Below are positions 27,489-38,115 of a stretch of DNA of 64,000 nt, one piece after another. The notes beneath the pieces are model-generated. The model did not search any database, had not been told where the DNA came from, and saw only the letters and a list, made by a program, of their open reading frames with translations. The stretch comes from an uncultured Thermoleophilia bacterium (lineage in GTDB: Bacteria > Actinomycetota > Thermoleophilia > UBA2241): positions 500-64,499 of the forward strand of contig CAWCSR010000003.1 in the NCBI GenBank assembly GCA_963798285.1, in the 5' to 3' direction. Made by a program: the position numbers and the translations under genes. Every line of letters begins with the position of its first letter. Within the stretch, counting starts at the first letter, position 1.

Positions 27489-30113
27489 TCAGTGGCGCGC
27501 CTTCTTGACGACCAGCAGTCGCTCGCAACTGGCGGAGGACCAGCGGTTGCCCGCCAGGTCCCTCGTGGAGCCGGCGACCTTGACCGTGTAGGCGCCCGCC
27601 GGCCAGTCGCACGTGACGCGGGCGGTGAAGCGGTGCTCCGGATCCCACCAGACCATGTCCGCGCTGGGAAAGGCCTTCAGGCGCTTGACGCAGACGAGAC
27701 GTCCGGTGCCGGCGGAGCGGACCACCAGCCGGGCGTCGCGCACGTACCAGGACAGGTCTTCGACGCGGAAGCGGACCAGCGCGTGGTCGCCGCGGCGCAC
27801 CTTGCTCTCGGGGCCCCACGCCTGCGTGACGGGGCCCTGGGTATCGATGCGGACCTCCGCCGTCCGGTAGTCGCTCGTGTTGCCGGCCACGTCGACCGCG
27901 CGGTAGCGGATGAAGTGGTAACCGTCGTTGCTGTGGTCCGCCGGCGCGTCCACGGTGAACTGCGAGGCCTCCTGCCAGGTGTCCCCACCGTCGTGGCTGA
28001 GCTCGATGCGCGCCACGCCGCTGCCGTCGGGGCCGTCGCCGGCGACGACCTCGCCGGTCACCGGCCGGTTGTGCCACCTGTCTCCGAAGTGTGGAACGCG
28101 TACGTCGGGTGGCGTGATGTCCACGCCCCGGGGCGCGACCTCGTAGGAGAAGCTGTAGAGCTGCGGCGCCAGGCTCCACGCGTCCCCGTAGCCGATCTGG
28201 AGGTGGTAGGTGGCATCCTTCTCGGCCGTGAACTCGAGGGTCGGGGATTCGGCCGGGACCCACCTGGACACGAACCGCCCGTGCCCCCGCCCGCTGAACA
28301 CGAGGATGGCGACGGAGCCGGCGGACACGCCGTCGGCGCTGGCTTTGAACGTCTCGCCACGGCGCAGGCGCAGCTTGTAGAGATCGCCGCGAGAGGACGC
28401 CGAGAGGCCGCCCGAGACCGGCGAGGCGGGCAGGGCAACGCCGCTCCTGCCGGCCGCGGCACGAGTCGTGTCGAAGGCGACGCCGAGCCGGCCGGGCTCC
28501 TCCACGTTGCCGGCCTTGTCGGTCGAGCGGTACTCGAGCACCCGGGTGCGGCGCGTCGCCCTGGGCGCCGGGACCACGGCGCTGGAACCGGAGTGCCAGG
28601 CGCCGTCGTCCACGCGCCACTGCGTCCGGGCGACGCCGGAGCCGTCCGGACCGTCCGCGGCGAACAGGGCGACGGGCACGGAAACGTCGAAGGCGCCGCC
28701 CCCGGGTAAGAACGCCGTGGTCACCGGCGGCGTGACGTCGCCGGCGCCGCCGGAGAGACGTACGGCGGCGCCGGCGTCGAGCGTGCCGCCCGTCGCCGTC
28801 TCCTTTGCCAGCGCCTCGACGGGCCGCGCCGAGTCGAGGATGCGCTCGACGCGCTGCGCGGCCGTCTCTCCTGGGTGCGAGGCCGCACACAGCGCGACCG
28901 CCCCGGCGACGAACGGCGCCGCCATCGAGGTGCCCGACCAGCGCTGATAGGCGCCGTCCGGCACGGTGCTCAGGATGTCCTCGCCGGGAGCGCCGATATC
29001 CACGCTGACGCGGCCGTGGTTGGAGAAGGCCGCCAGACGCCCCTTCGGGTCCGTCGCCGCCACGGAGATGATGCTGGGACAATCGAAGCTCGAAGGGTAC
29101 TCAGGATGCAGGTCGTTGTTGGCCGAGTCGTTGCCGGCGGACGCGCAGAAGACGATGCCGGCAGCACCGGCGCGGTTGATGGCGGCGCGCAGGAACGGGT
29201 CTGGTGCGACCCCGCCCCAGGATGCGTTGATGGCGACCACGTTGACGCCGTAGTCGAGCTTCTCACGCACGGCGTAGTCGATGCACTCGATGGCGTCGGC
29301 GTCCGTGCCTCCGCCCCAGTAGCTGATGAACTTGAGCGCCATGATCCTGGTGTGGCCGCCGAGGCCGGCGATGCCGAGGCCGTTGTCGCCCACCGCGGCG
29401 GCGATGCCCGAGGTGTGGGTGCCGTGTCCGTAGTCGTCCACGGGCAGCGTGCTGTCGTAGGCGGGATTGATGCCGTACACGTCGTCGACGTAGCCGTTGC
29501 CGTCGTCGTCGATGCCGTTGCCGGCGATCTCACCCGGGTTGTGCCACATGTTGGCGGCGAGGTCCGGGTGCGTGAAGTCCACGCCGGTGTCGATGTCGGC
29601 GATGACGACGTCGCCGGAGCCCGCGATGGTCTGCCACGCGTCCCCGGCGCGCACGTCCTGGAGCCCCCACTGGCCTGAGAGCCCGGGATCGTCGGGCGGG
29701 ACGGAATCGATGGTGCGCACGTAGTTGGGGCTCACGCTCGCGACCGACGCATCGGCGCCGAAGCGCGCCGCCAGCTGAGGCGTGGTCAGCACCGAGGAGC
29801 TCACGAGCACCAGCGCCCGGCCGGAGGCGCCGGGGCTCGGGCGCAAGCGCCGCGAGACGACCGCTCCGGCCCCGCGGGAGATCGAGCGGAGCGTGGAGCC
29901 GGACACGCCCGACCGGAACTCCACGAGCAGCTGGCCGGGTACGTAGATGCGCGTCCGGCTGGGGGTCAGGCTGGCGGGCGGGGCGAGACTCGTCGCCCCT
30001 GGCAGCTGACGCGGCTGCCAGATGCGGGCGCCGGCTGCGGCGATGCCCGGCGCCGCCAGGGCAACGCAGGCGGCCGTCAGCGACAGGACGATGAAGATGC
30101 GGATGGTGCGCAC
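27489..30113 (-). CDS. Secreted subtilisin-like S8 serine protease with C-terminal Ig-like repeats
   Basis: Signal peptide; DIDTG, HGTH, AGND, SGTSMA catalytic motifs. Confidence 0.93.
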   Translation of the reverse strand: MRTIRIFIVLSLTAACVALAAPGIAAAGARIWQPRQLPGATSLAPPASLTPSRTRIYVPGQLLVEFRSGVSGSTLRSISRGAGAVVSRRLRPSPGASGRALVLVSSSVLTTPQLAARFGADASVASVSPNYVRTIDSVPPDDPGLSGQWGLQDVRAGDAWQTIAGSGDVVIADIDTGVDFTHPDLAANMWHNPGEIAGNGIDDDGNGYVDDVYGINPAYDSTLPVDDYGHGTHTSGIAAAVGDNGLGIAGLGGHTRIMALKFISYWGGGTDADAIECIDYAVREKLDYGVNVVAINASWGGVAPDPFLRAAINRAGAAGIVFCASAGNDSANNDLHPEYPSSFDCPSIISVAATDPKGRLAAFSNHGRVSVDIGAPGEDILSTVPDGAYQRWSGTSMAAPFVAGAVALCAASHPGETAAQRVERILDSARPVEALAKETATGGTLDAGAAVRLSGGAGDVTPPVTTAFLPGGGAFDVSVPVALFAADGPDGSGVARTQWRVDDGAWHSGSSAVVPAPRATRRTRVLEYRSTDKAGNVEEPGRLGVAFDTTRAAAGRSGVALPASPVSGGLSASSRGDLYKLRLRRGETFKASADGVSAGSVAILVFSGRGHGRFVSRWVPAESPTLEFTAEKDATYHLQIGYGDAWSLAPQLYSFSYEVAPRGVDITPPDVRVPHFGDRWHNRPVTGEVVAGDGPDGSGVARIELSHDGGDTWQEASQFTVDAPADHSNDGYHFIRYRAVDVAGNTSDYRTAEVRIDTQGPVTQAWGPESKVRRGDHALVRFRVEDLSWYVRDARLVVRSAGTGRLVCVKRLKAFPSADMVWWDPEHRFTARVTCDWPAGAYTVKVAGSTRDLAGNRWSSASCERLLVVKKARH

Positions 30114-30253
30114 ACTCCCTCCCCTTGGGCCCCGGGGCGCCGTCCAAGGCGCCGCTTCTCGAGTCTACCAGCTGCGCCTCGAGATGAGCGAAACGCTTCG
30201 TTCCAGGAGGACGACCGGCACGCGGCGAGAGGTGCGCGGCGCGAAAGGGAGGG

Positions 30254-31602
30254 TCAGATGCCGGCGCTCGCGCGCATGAGGGCCGTGACGGCCTCCGGCG
30301 CGAAGTGCTGCAGCAGCGCGCCGCAGCAGGCGAAGATGTAGTCGCGGTCGAGGGCGACGCGCGCGTCCGGCGGCGGCAGCAGCCGCTCCCCGCCGGCGCC
30401 CTTGGCGCGCGTGTCCGCGAGCACGGCCTCGCCGCCGGGCAGGCGCGTGAGCGCGCCGCCGGTGCCGATCACCAGCCGGCAGGCGGTGAGGTCGCGCCCG
30501 CGCGCGACCGTCTGCCGGCCCGTCGGCGTGTAGAGGTGCGCGAGCCGGCCGGCGTGCCGCTGCACGCCGGTGACGGCGGCGAAGTGCGTCAGCGTCAGCG
30601 CCGCCGCGATCTCCTCCCGCGTCACCGGCAGCGGCGGCGGCAGGCGCACCGGGCGCTCCTGCTCCGCCAGCATCTCGACCACGTGCTGCGCGCTCACGTA
30701 GGTGCCGAGATCGCCCTCGACGGTCCGTTTGCTGTGCGGCTGCGGCTCGATCATGAGCGCCGCGATCTCGGGGCTGCCGTCGGTGATGGAGTGCACGTCG
30801 GTCGTGGCGCCGCCGACGTCGACGACGACGAGGTCGCCGACCTCCTCGGCCAGCCGCTCGGCGGCGATCAGCACCGCGCCCGGGGTCGGCAGGATCCTGC
30901 CGCTCACGACCTCGCCGATGCGCTCCATGCCGGGCGCATGAGTGATGTGCTCCTCGAACGCGTCGTGGATGACGTGCGCGGGCCGGCACGATGTCGAGCT
31001 CGTCCACAGCCGGATAGACGTTGTTGGTGAGCTTGACCTTGAAGCCGGCCCGCTCCAGCAGCTCCTGGGCGTCGCTGCACACCACGCAGTTGCCGGCGTA
31101 GACGACGATGGGCCGCGCCTGGAGCCTCGCCAGGCGTTCGGCGTTGAAGAGGACGGTGTCGCAGTCGCCGCCCTCCACCCCGCCGGCGAGCAGGATGAGG
31201 TTCGGCTTCACTGCCTCGATCTCGCGCAGGTCGTGGTCGCGCAGACGGCCGGCGGTCTGGTACTTGACGACCGCGCCGGCCCCCAGGGCGGCCTCGCGCG
31301 CCGCCATGGCCGTCATGCGCTGCGTGAGGCCGTGCACGGTCATGCGCAGGCCGCCGGCGGCCGAGCTGGTCGCCAGCGTGAGCTCGGGCTCGAGCGGCCC
31401 GGAAGCCGCCTCCAGCTGCGCCCGGGCGGCGTTCACGCCGACGGTGACGTCGCCGTCGGCGACCGAGGTGGCGGCGACGCCCTGCCCGACGAGGCAGGGC
31501 GTCGCCGCCGGATAGTCGCGCAGCCCGGCGAACGCCGAGACCACGGTGGTCGTCGAGCCGATCTCGGCGACGAGCGCGTCGACGGGGCGGGGCGGCCGTC
31601 AC
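30254..31602 (-). CDS. GlmL/MutL-like reactivating factor for ornithine aminomutase (frameshifted)
   Basis: VAEIGSTTT, TSSAAGGL, LAGGVEGG, PTPGAV, VDVGGATTDVHS, KRTVEGDLG; follows oraE. Confidence 0.87.
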
Positions 31603-31642
31603 CGGCTCTCCCCCGCCCCCGGCTGTCAGCGAGCGCGTCACG

Positions 31643-33893
31643 TCACATCCCGCGTTCGCGCATCGCCTTGACGACGAACGACGCGACGCCGATGCCCTTG
31701 GCGCCGCGCCCGAAGCCGGCGTCCATGCCCCAGCTGCGGGCGAGCTCGTCGGTCACCTGGGTGCCGCCGGAGATGAGCAGCAGCTTGTCGCGCACGCCCT
31801 TCTCCACCGCCAGGTCGGCGAGCTTCTCCATGTTGTTCCGGTGCATGTCGCCGTGCGTGATGATGGTGCTGATGAGGACGACCTGCGCCGCGTGCTCGAT
31901 GGCCGCGTCCAGCACCTTCTCGACCGGCACCGAGGTGCCCAGGTACTCGCACGAGAAGCCCCACTTCTCGAGGCCGCCGTGCTTGATGTCGATGATCTCG
32001 CGCATGCCGACGGAGTGCTCGTCCTCGCCGACGGTGGCGGCGACGCACTTGAGGCCCTTCTCGGCGACGAAGGCCTTGATCTCCTCGTCGCTCATCACCT
32101 CGAGCTCGGGCGGGATGACGAGGCGGGCCGGGTCGACGACCACGTCCAGCCGGCCCTTCATCTCGATGTAGCGTGCCCTCGGCCGGGTGCATGACCTGCT
32201 TGTTGATGACCTCGCACTCCTGCAGGTTCATGGCCTTGCCGAACTCGAGCGCCGCGAACTCCGCGACGCGCGGCGCCGCCGGCAGGAACAGCGTGACGAC
32301 GACCCAGCCGTCGGCGGCCCACTCGACCTCCGGCTTGAGGAGGCCCTTCTCGCGGAGCTCCGCCGTCTGCGCGAGCCGCGCAGTGACGTTGTCCTCCGGG
32401 TCGAGCTCGTCGATGAACGGCACCTTGTCGGCGTCGCACAGCGTGCAGCCGCCGATGAGGTCGCAGGGCTTGCGCAGGTCCGAGGCGGCCTCGCCTGCGG
32501 CCGGGCCGCCTTCCGCGTCGTAGCCCTCCGGCAGGTGGTTCTCGCCGAAGTGGTGGCACACCGGCGCGAGGTAGTCGGCGGCGCGAGGCACGATCGTGCC
32601 CGCCGCGACGCCGCCGTCGCTCTTGCGCGCGATGCCGTCGTCGTGCGTCTCCGGGTAGATGCCGGAGTCGACGAAGTACGCCTCCTCGACGGCGCCGAAG
32701 TAGCCGCCGTCCTCGAGCATCGCCTCGAGGAAGAGGACGGCCCGCTCCTTGATCTCGCGCACCTTCTGGTTCAGCTCGGGCGCGTCGCGGTCCAGCTTGA
32801 CCATCTCGCGCAGGCCGTCCATGCCCACGAGGCTCTGCTTGGCCGTGTTCACGGCGGCGATGTTGTTGTAGTGCCAGGGCACGTTGCGGCCCTCGTCGGG
32901 CGTGATCGTGCTCTGGATGTCGGCGCTGGTGAGCCGGCTGATCACGAGGTTCATGACGTGGCTGACGGTGGCGTCGCGCCCGTCGGCCTCCATGTAGCGC
33001 GTGTTCTCCTGGGCGCGCATCTTGTAGTCGCCGAAGAAGTCGCGCAGGGCGACGGCGTACGGCAGGTCCATGCGCATGCACGGCGCCGGAGCGGCGTCCG
33101 GCGGCACCGTGCTCAGGCAGATGTCCTCCTTGGGCATCCCCACGGAAACCGAGTAGGCGCAGTTGATGGCGTGCTGCACGAGCAGCTCCGGCATGACGTT
33201 CCAGGCCTCGACGGCGGTCGCGTTGGCGTTGTGGGCGCCGTCGATCTGCGCCATGCGCACGCTGGCCATGACGTGCTTGGCCACCGCCGCGTCCACGAAG
33301 CTGCGGTACATGTTGATGTTGCGGTAGAGGACGTTGTACTGCGGGTCCTGGTGGGCCCCGTTGACGCCCTCCTCGGCGAACATCACGGCCATCTCGGGGC
33401 CGGCCACGCCGCTGACGTAGCTGTGGAAGTTGATCGGCCGGCCCACCTCGTCCTCGATCAGGTCGAGCGCCTTGCGCGTGGCGCGCACCTGCTTGCGCGT
33501 GACGGCGATGCCGCCGACGCCCTCGGGCGTGCCCTCGAGGAGCCCGTCCATGTGGCTCTGCCCGGCGGTGCGGATGACCATCATGTGGTCGGCGCCGTGC
33601 CAGGCCGCCATGCGCATGCGGCGGATGTCGTCCTCGAAGCGCCCGGAGGCGATCTCGGTGGTCACCACGCAGTCGGGCTGCGGGTCGATGTCGTCGAAGT
33701 AGTGGGCCGCCGGCAGCGGGATGCTGCGCTCGAGGCCCTTCGACGTCTCCTTGTAGACGAACTTGTGCAGCCGCTGGTCCGGCACCAGCTCGCGCCAGTG
33801 CCAGCCCTTGCGCCGCGGGCGGTAGTGCTCGAGGTCCTCGAGCAGGGCCTCGACGTCGAGCTTCTCGTTGGGGTCGAGGGGCGGCATGCTCAT
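31643..33893 (-). CDS. oraE: D-ornithine 4,5-aminomutase beta subunit (AdoCbl/PLP), frameshift near 32172
   Basis: EIASGRFEDDIRRMRMAAWHGADH, HSYVSG, DGAHNAN, TVGEDEHSVG, IKHGG. Confidence 0.95.
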
Positions 33894-34252
33894 CGCGCCC
33901 CTCCCCACTTCTGCTCCACGACGTCCCAGCCGTCGCCGGCGGCCAGCTTGCGCGCGGCCTCAGGCATGGCGCAGCCCCACGTGGTGGCGCAGTGCAGCAC
34001 CACGTGGCCGGCGCCGTGCCCCAGCAGGCCGCGCTTCTCGCACTCGCCGACCACGGCCATGCAGGTCGGCGAGTCGACGCCCATGCGCATCAGCACCGAG
34101 CGCTCGATGCTCGGCGAGGTGTGCGTGCGGGCGAGCTCGACCATCGGGTCGACGACCCGCTGCGCGAGCTCCCAGAACCGCGCCTCGAGCTCCTCGTCGG
34201 TGAGCTCGGCGAGGTGCCCGCGGATCTCCAGGTAGGTGTCCTCGCGGGCCAT
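33890..34252 (-). CDS. oraS: D-ornithine 4,5-aminomutase alpha subunit
   Basis: HLAELTDEELEARFWEL, HTSPSIERSVLMRMG, GLLGHGAGH. Confidence 0.93.
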   Translation of the reverse strand: MAREDTYLEIRGHLAELTDEELEARFWELAQRVVDPMVELARTHTSPSIERSVLMRMGVDSPTCMAVVGECEKRGLLGHGAGHVVLHCATTWGCAMPEAARKLAAGDGWDVVEQKWGGAR

Positions 34253-34253
34253 C

Positions 34254-35668
34254 TCAGGCCTCCGCGAGCTCGGCCAGCGTGGCCTGCACGGTTTCCGGGT
34301 CGGACTTCGTGTCGGCGGCCAGGAACTCGATGTCGTCGGACGTGGGCACGTAGCCCTCGGGCGCGTTCTTGAGTGCGTTGCGGATGTAGCTCTTGCGCAT
34401 GCGCGCCACGTCGAAGTCCTTGGCGCTGGATCTGCTCGACGCCCTCGGGGATGACGATGACCTTGCCGGGGACGTTGTCCGGCCGGGTCGCCGGCGCGCA
34501 CCTCGACGCCCATCTCCCTGGCGAAGTTGAGCTGGCTCCAGTGGTGCTTGCCGGCGCCGGTGTACTCGGTCTCCTGCACGACGACGGTGGCGTCGCGCGG
34601 CAGGTCGCGGGCGAGGCTCACGGCCGCGGTCATGGCGGTGTTGCCCGCCGGGCCGCGCTCGAGGCCCTCGAGCTTGGCCATGGCCTCGGTGATGTAGAAC
34701 ACCTCGCCCTGAGTGACCGTCAGGTAGCGGTCGATGTAGCGCAGCGGGCGGGCCGCGTTGCGCGGCACGTCGGCGCGGTCCGGCCAGGTGGCGAACGGCA
34801 CGCCGAAGCCGGTGTGGCCGGTGGTGAAGCTCTTGCGGTTGAAGTCGTTGTCGCTGGCCATGTGCAGGCCGCTCAGGTCGACGGAGGCGCAGACGATCTG
34901 GGTCTCGGTCGCGCCGGCACGTTCGAGGCCGCGGGCCGTGCCGGTGGTGTTGCCGCCGCCGGCGTGGGTGACCACGACGTGCGTCGGGTACGCGCCGGTG
35001 AGCGCTTCCATCTCGCGGGCGATCTCGAGGCCGAGGGTCTCGATGCCGCTCACGCCGAACGAGCTGTAGAGCGAGGCGGCGAAGTAGCCGGTCACGTCGA
35101 GCAGTTCGACCATGTGGAAGAACAGCTCCGGCCCGACGGTCAGCTGCACGACCTCGGCGCCGTAGGCCTCGCAGATGCGGCCCTTCTCGACGATCTCCGG
35201 CTGGCCGACGTGGCGGCTGTCGAACGTCTCCTGGACGATGATGCACTTGAGGTCGTTGCGCGCCGCCTGGCTGGCGACGGCGGCGCCGTAGTTGCCCGAG
35301 GTCGCGGCGATGACGCCCTCGTAGCCCTTCTCCTTGGCCACGTGGATGCTGACGCTGGCGCGGCGGTCCTTGAAGGCGCCGGCGAGGTTGGCGGCCTCGT
35401 CCTTGACGAAGATGCGCGCGCCCTTGCCGGGCTCGCTCACGCTGCGCACGAGGTCGGTGAGGTTCCTGAGCTCGAGCAGCGGCGTGCTGCCCACGCCGGC
35501 GAGCCTCTGGATGGCGACGATCTCGTCCAGGCTGTAGCCGTGGGCGGTCATCATGCGCTCGTAGTCGAAGGCGACGGGGCTCAGCTCGAACTCGCTGTAG
35601 TCCATGCCCAGCGCCTTGCGCATGATCTCGCCGCGGCGCGCCATGATGGCGTCGAACTTGGTGGCCAT
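34254..35668 (-). CDS. ortB: 2-amino-4-ketopentanoate thiolase beta subunit (PLP), frameshifted near the C-terminus
   Basis: KDEAAN..GAFKDRRA, ATSGNYG, GLHMASD.DFNRKSFTTGHTGFG, ERGPAGN, QETEYTGAGKH. Confidence 0.93.
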
Positions 35669-36000
35669 CAGCGCTCACCGCCTTCGGCCGCGCGGTAGGC
35701 CGCGAGCCGGGCACGCAGGTCGCGGCCCACGTGCGTCAGCTCCGGGATCGGATTGCCGTAGGTGATGAAGTAGCCGGGGTTCACGGCCGAGAGCGCACCG
35801 GTGACCTTGCGGCCGGTGATCGTCTCGATGGTGAGCTCTTCGCCCTTGGCGGCTTCGCCCAGGGCGAACCCCTTGACCCACATCATGAGCGGCTTCTCCG
35901 CCGTCTCCGGCGGAAGGTTCTTGCTGCGGTCGGCCGGGTCGAGCAGCTTGCACTCGACCTCGACCCAGTCGCCCTCGCGGGCGCTGATCTCGTCGGTCAC
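35668..36000 (-). CDS. ortA: 2-amino-4-ketopentanoate thiolase alpha subunit
   Basis: GDWVE, PPET..KPLMMWVKG, TITGR...G....VNP.Y...YG.PIPEL. Confidence 0.92.
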   Translation of the reverse strand: MTDEISAREGDWVEVECKLLDPADRSKNLPPETAEKPLMMWVKGFALGEAAKGEELTIETITGRKVTGALSAVNPGYFITYGNPIPELTHVGRDLRARLAAYRAAEGGER

Positions 36001-36073
36001 TCGGGTCACCCCTTTCAGGTGCTCGGGGATGCGCCGGCCGTGCGGCCGGCGCATCCCGTCCCGTAGGTCGGGG

Positions 36074-37085
36074 TCAGACGGTCGGCGTCCAGAAGCGCGG
36101 CAGCGGCATGTCCACCACGGTGAGCATGCCGGGCTTCGCGTCCTTCATGAGCGGGATGTAGTTGCCGGTGCTGGCGTAGGTGCCCTTGCCGCCCGGGATC
36201 TCGGGCGAGTTCGACCATGTTCACGTTGGGGTCGCCGGTGATCTTGATGTAGTCGCCCGTGCCCTGGTTCGCCATCTCGGGGTGGATCTGCTGCGGGTGG
36301 ATGAGGTGGATCTTGAGCTCGCCGTTGACGTAGCCCTTGCCGACCTGCTTGCAGCCTGCGACCCAGCCCGCGGGCACGTGTACGTGAGGCGTGGAGCGCT
36401 CGACCTCGGTGACGATCGGCTCGCGCGTCTCGACGATCTCGTCGATCTTCCAGCCCAGCGCCTTGGCGATGAGCTCGATGGACTCGGGGAAGCCGATGTG
36501 GCCGACGATGCTGCCGTCGGCGACGCCCTTCTCGAACTGCTCCACGGTGGTGCCGACGCCCTGGCCGATCATGACGGTGGGGCCGAACGGCGAGAGGTCG
36601 TTGACGCGGGAGGCCTCGATGGAGTCGACGCGCAGGCAGATGGAGCTCCACATGACGATGAGGGCGTCGAGGACGAAGCCGGGGTTGATGCCGGTGCCCA
36701 GGATGCTGACGCCGTTCTCCTTGGCGACGCGGTCGAACAGGTCGGCACGCTCCGGGTCGCTGGCCCACGGGTAGGACAGCTTCTCGGCGATGCAGATGAC
36801 GTTGCAGCCGGCCTTGAGCGCCGGAAGGATCTGCGGCTCGACCTCGTCGAGGTTGCTCTGCGTGTTGATGCAGACCACGTCCGGCTTCTTGGCGAGCACG
36901 GCCTCGAAGTCGGTGGTCATCTTGACGTCGCACGGGCGGTCCAGCAGCTCGCCGACCGTCTTCCCTTCTTTGGCCGGGTTGGTGACGATGACGCCGACGA
37001 GGTCGATGTCCTTCGGGCGGTCGAGGATGTAGCCCAGAAGGCCCTGGCCCATCATGCCGGTGCCCCACTCAGCGACCTTGATCAT
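36074..37085 (-). CDS. ord: 2,4-diaminopentanoate dehydrogenase (frameshift near 36210)
   Basis: [59 protein letters not shown]. Confidence 0.93.
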
Positions 37086-37136
37086 GTCTCGCTCCTGTCC
37101 ACGTGATTGGCGCCTCGCGGCGCTTGTTCTCACTCA

Positions 37137-37174
37137 TGCATACGGAATATGCAACGCTGGGCGAGACTCTACCA
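37137..37174 (-). promoter_or_regulatory. ord promoter: extended -10 (TGG-TAGAGT) plus palindromic operator TGCATA-N5-TATGCA
   Basis: Perfect 6-5-6 palindrome at 37137-37153, just downstream of the -10 at 37166-37174. Confidence 0.55.
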
Positions 37175-37460
37175 TGCCAAAGACCCGGGGTGACGGAGTC
37201 CGGCAACGACGACCAGACGGCACGCGTTGACGAGCCCGTGCATGGATGAATCCGCCCGGACTGCGGGCGGGGATGCGCCGGAGCCGCGTCCCTGAGGGGG
37301 ACGCTCAGCCGGCGCTCAGCCGCAGGTGGCTGGAGGAGGCTGGTCGACCGTGTCGTGCGCGAGGATGGAAAGCTCTTTGCCCATCTCTCCCCCTTGCCGG
37401 TCGACTCCCACCGGCGGGCGCCGGCGGCTGCCCACAGGGTACGTGGGGCGGCCGAGGGGG

Positions 37461-38105
37461 TCAACCGTCGCCGAAGAGTTCCTCATTGGCGTAGGCGACG
37501 GCATAGATGCGGTCGCGGTCGGCGACGGGCCTGCGGCGCGCGCCGACGGTGGCGCCGGCCAGGAACTTCTCGTGTGTGACCACCGCCAGCGTGGCGACGC
37601 GCACAGACTGCCGCCGCGCCGCCGCGCTCGGCAGGCACGCCGGCTGCTCGCGGACGAAGCGCGCCGCCGCGAGCACCGCTTCGTGCAGCTCGCGATCCTC
37701 GGCGGTGGCGTAGCTGAAGCGCCAGCGCCGCACCTGGCCGGCGATGTCGGCCCTGTCGGGCTCCACGCCGGTCGCCGCGTAGATGCGGCAGTCGTACGTG
37801 CGACACACGAGCGGCCGGTCCTCGTAGATGGTGCACCGGCCTCCGACCAGCACCGGGCAGGCCCCCTCCTCCGTGTACCCCAGCAGGACATAGCCCGGCG
37901 GCAGGCCCGGGGCCGGGGAGAGGAACTCCTTGGGCAGCCGCTTGCGTGCCCGCTTCTCGCCCGGGCGGAGATGGATCTGGTGGAAGGTGCGGCAGCAGGC
38001 GTTGCAGCTGCCGCATGGCACGTCCGCGGGCACGTCCTTCTGGAGCGTGGCGATCGTCGCCCGCAGCCACGCGGTGAAGGGGACCGCCGGCGGCTCAGCG
38101 CTCAT
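37461..38105 (-). CDS. YkgJ-family cysteine-cluster (Fe-S/Zn) protein, copy 1
   Basis: PCGSCNACC...CPVL...CTIYEDRPLVCRTYDC. Confidence 0.85.
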   Translation of the reverse strand: MSAEPPAVPFTAWLRATIATLQKDVPADVPCGSCNACCRTFHQIHLRPGEKRARKRLPKEFLSPAPGLPPGYVLLGYTEEGACPVLVGGRCTIYEDRPLVCRTYDCRIYAATGVEPDRADIAGQVRRWRFSYATAEDRELHEAVLAAARFVREQPACLPSAAARRQSVRVATLAVVTHEKFLAGATVGARRRPVADRDRIYAVAYANEELFGDG

Positions 38106-38115
38106 GAGCCGGCGG

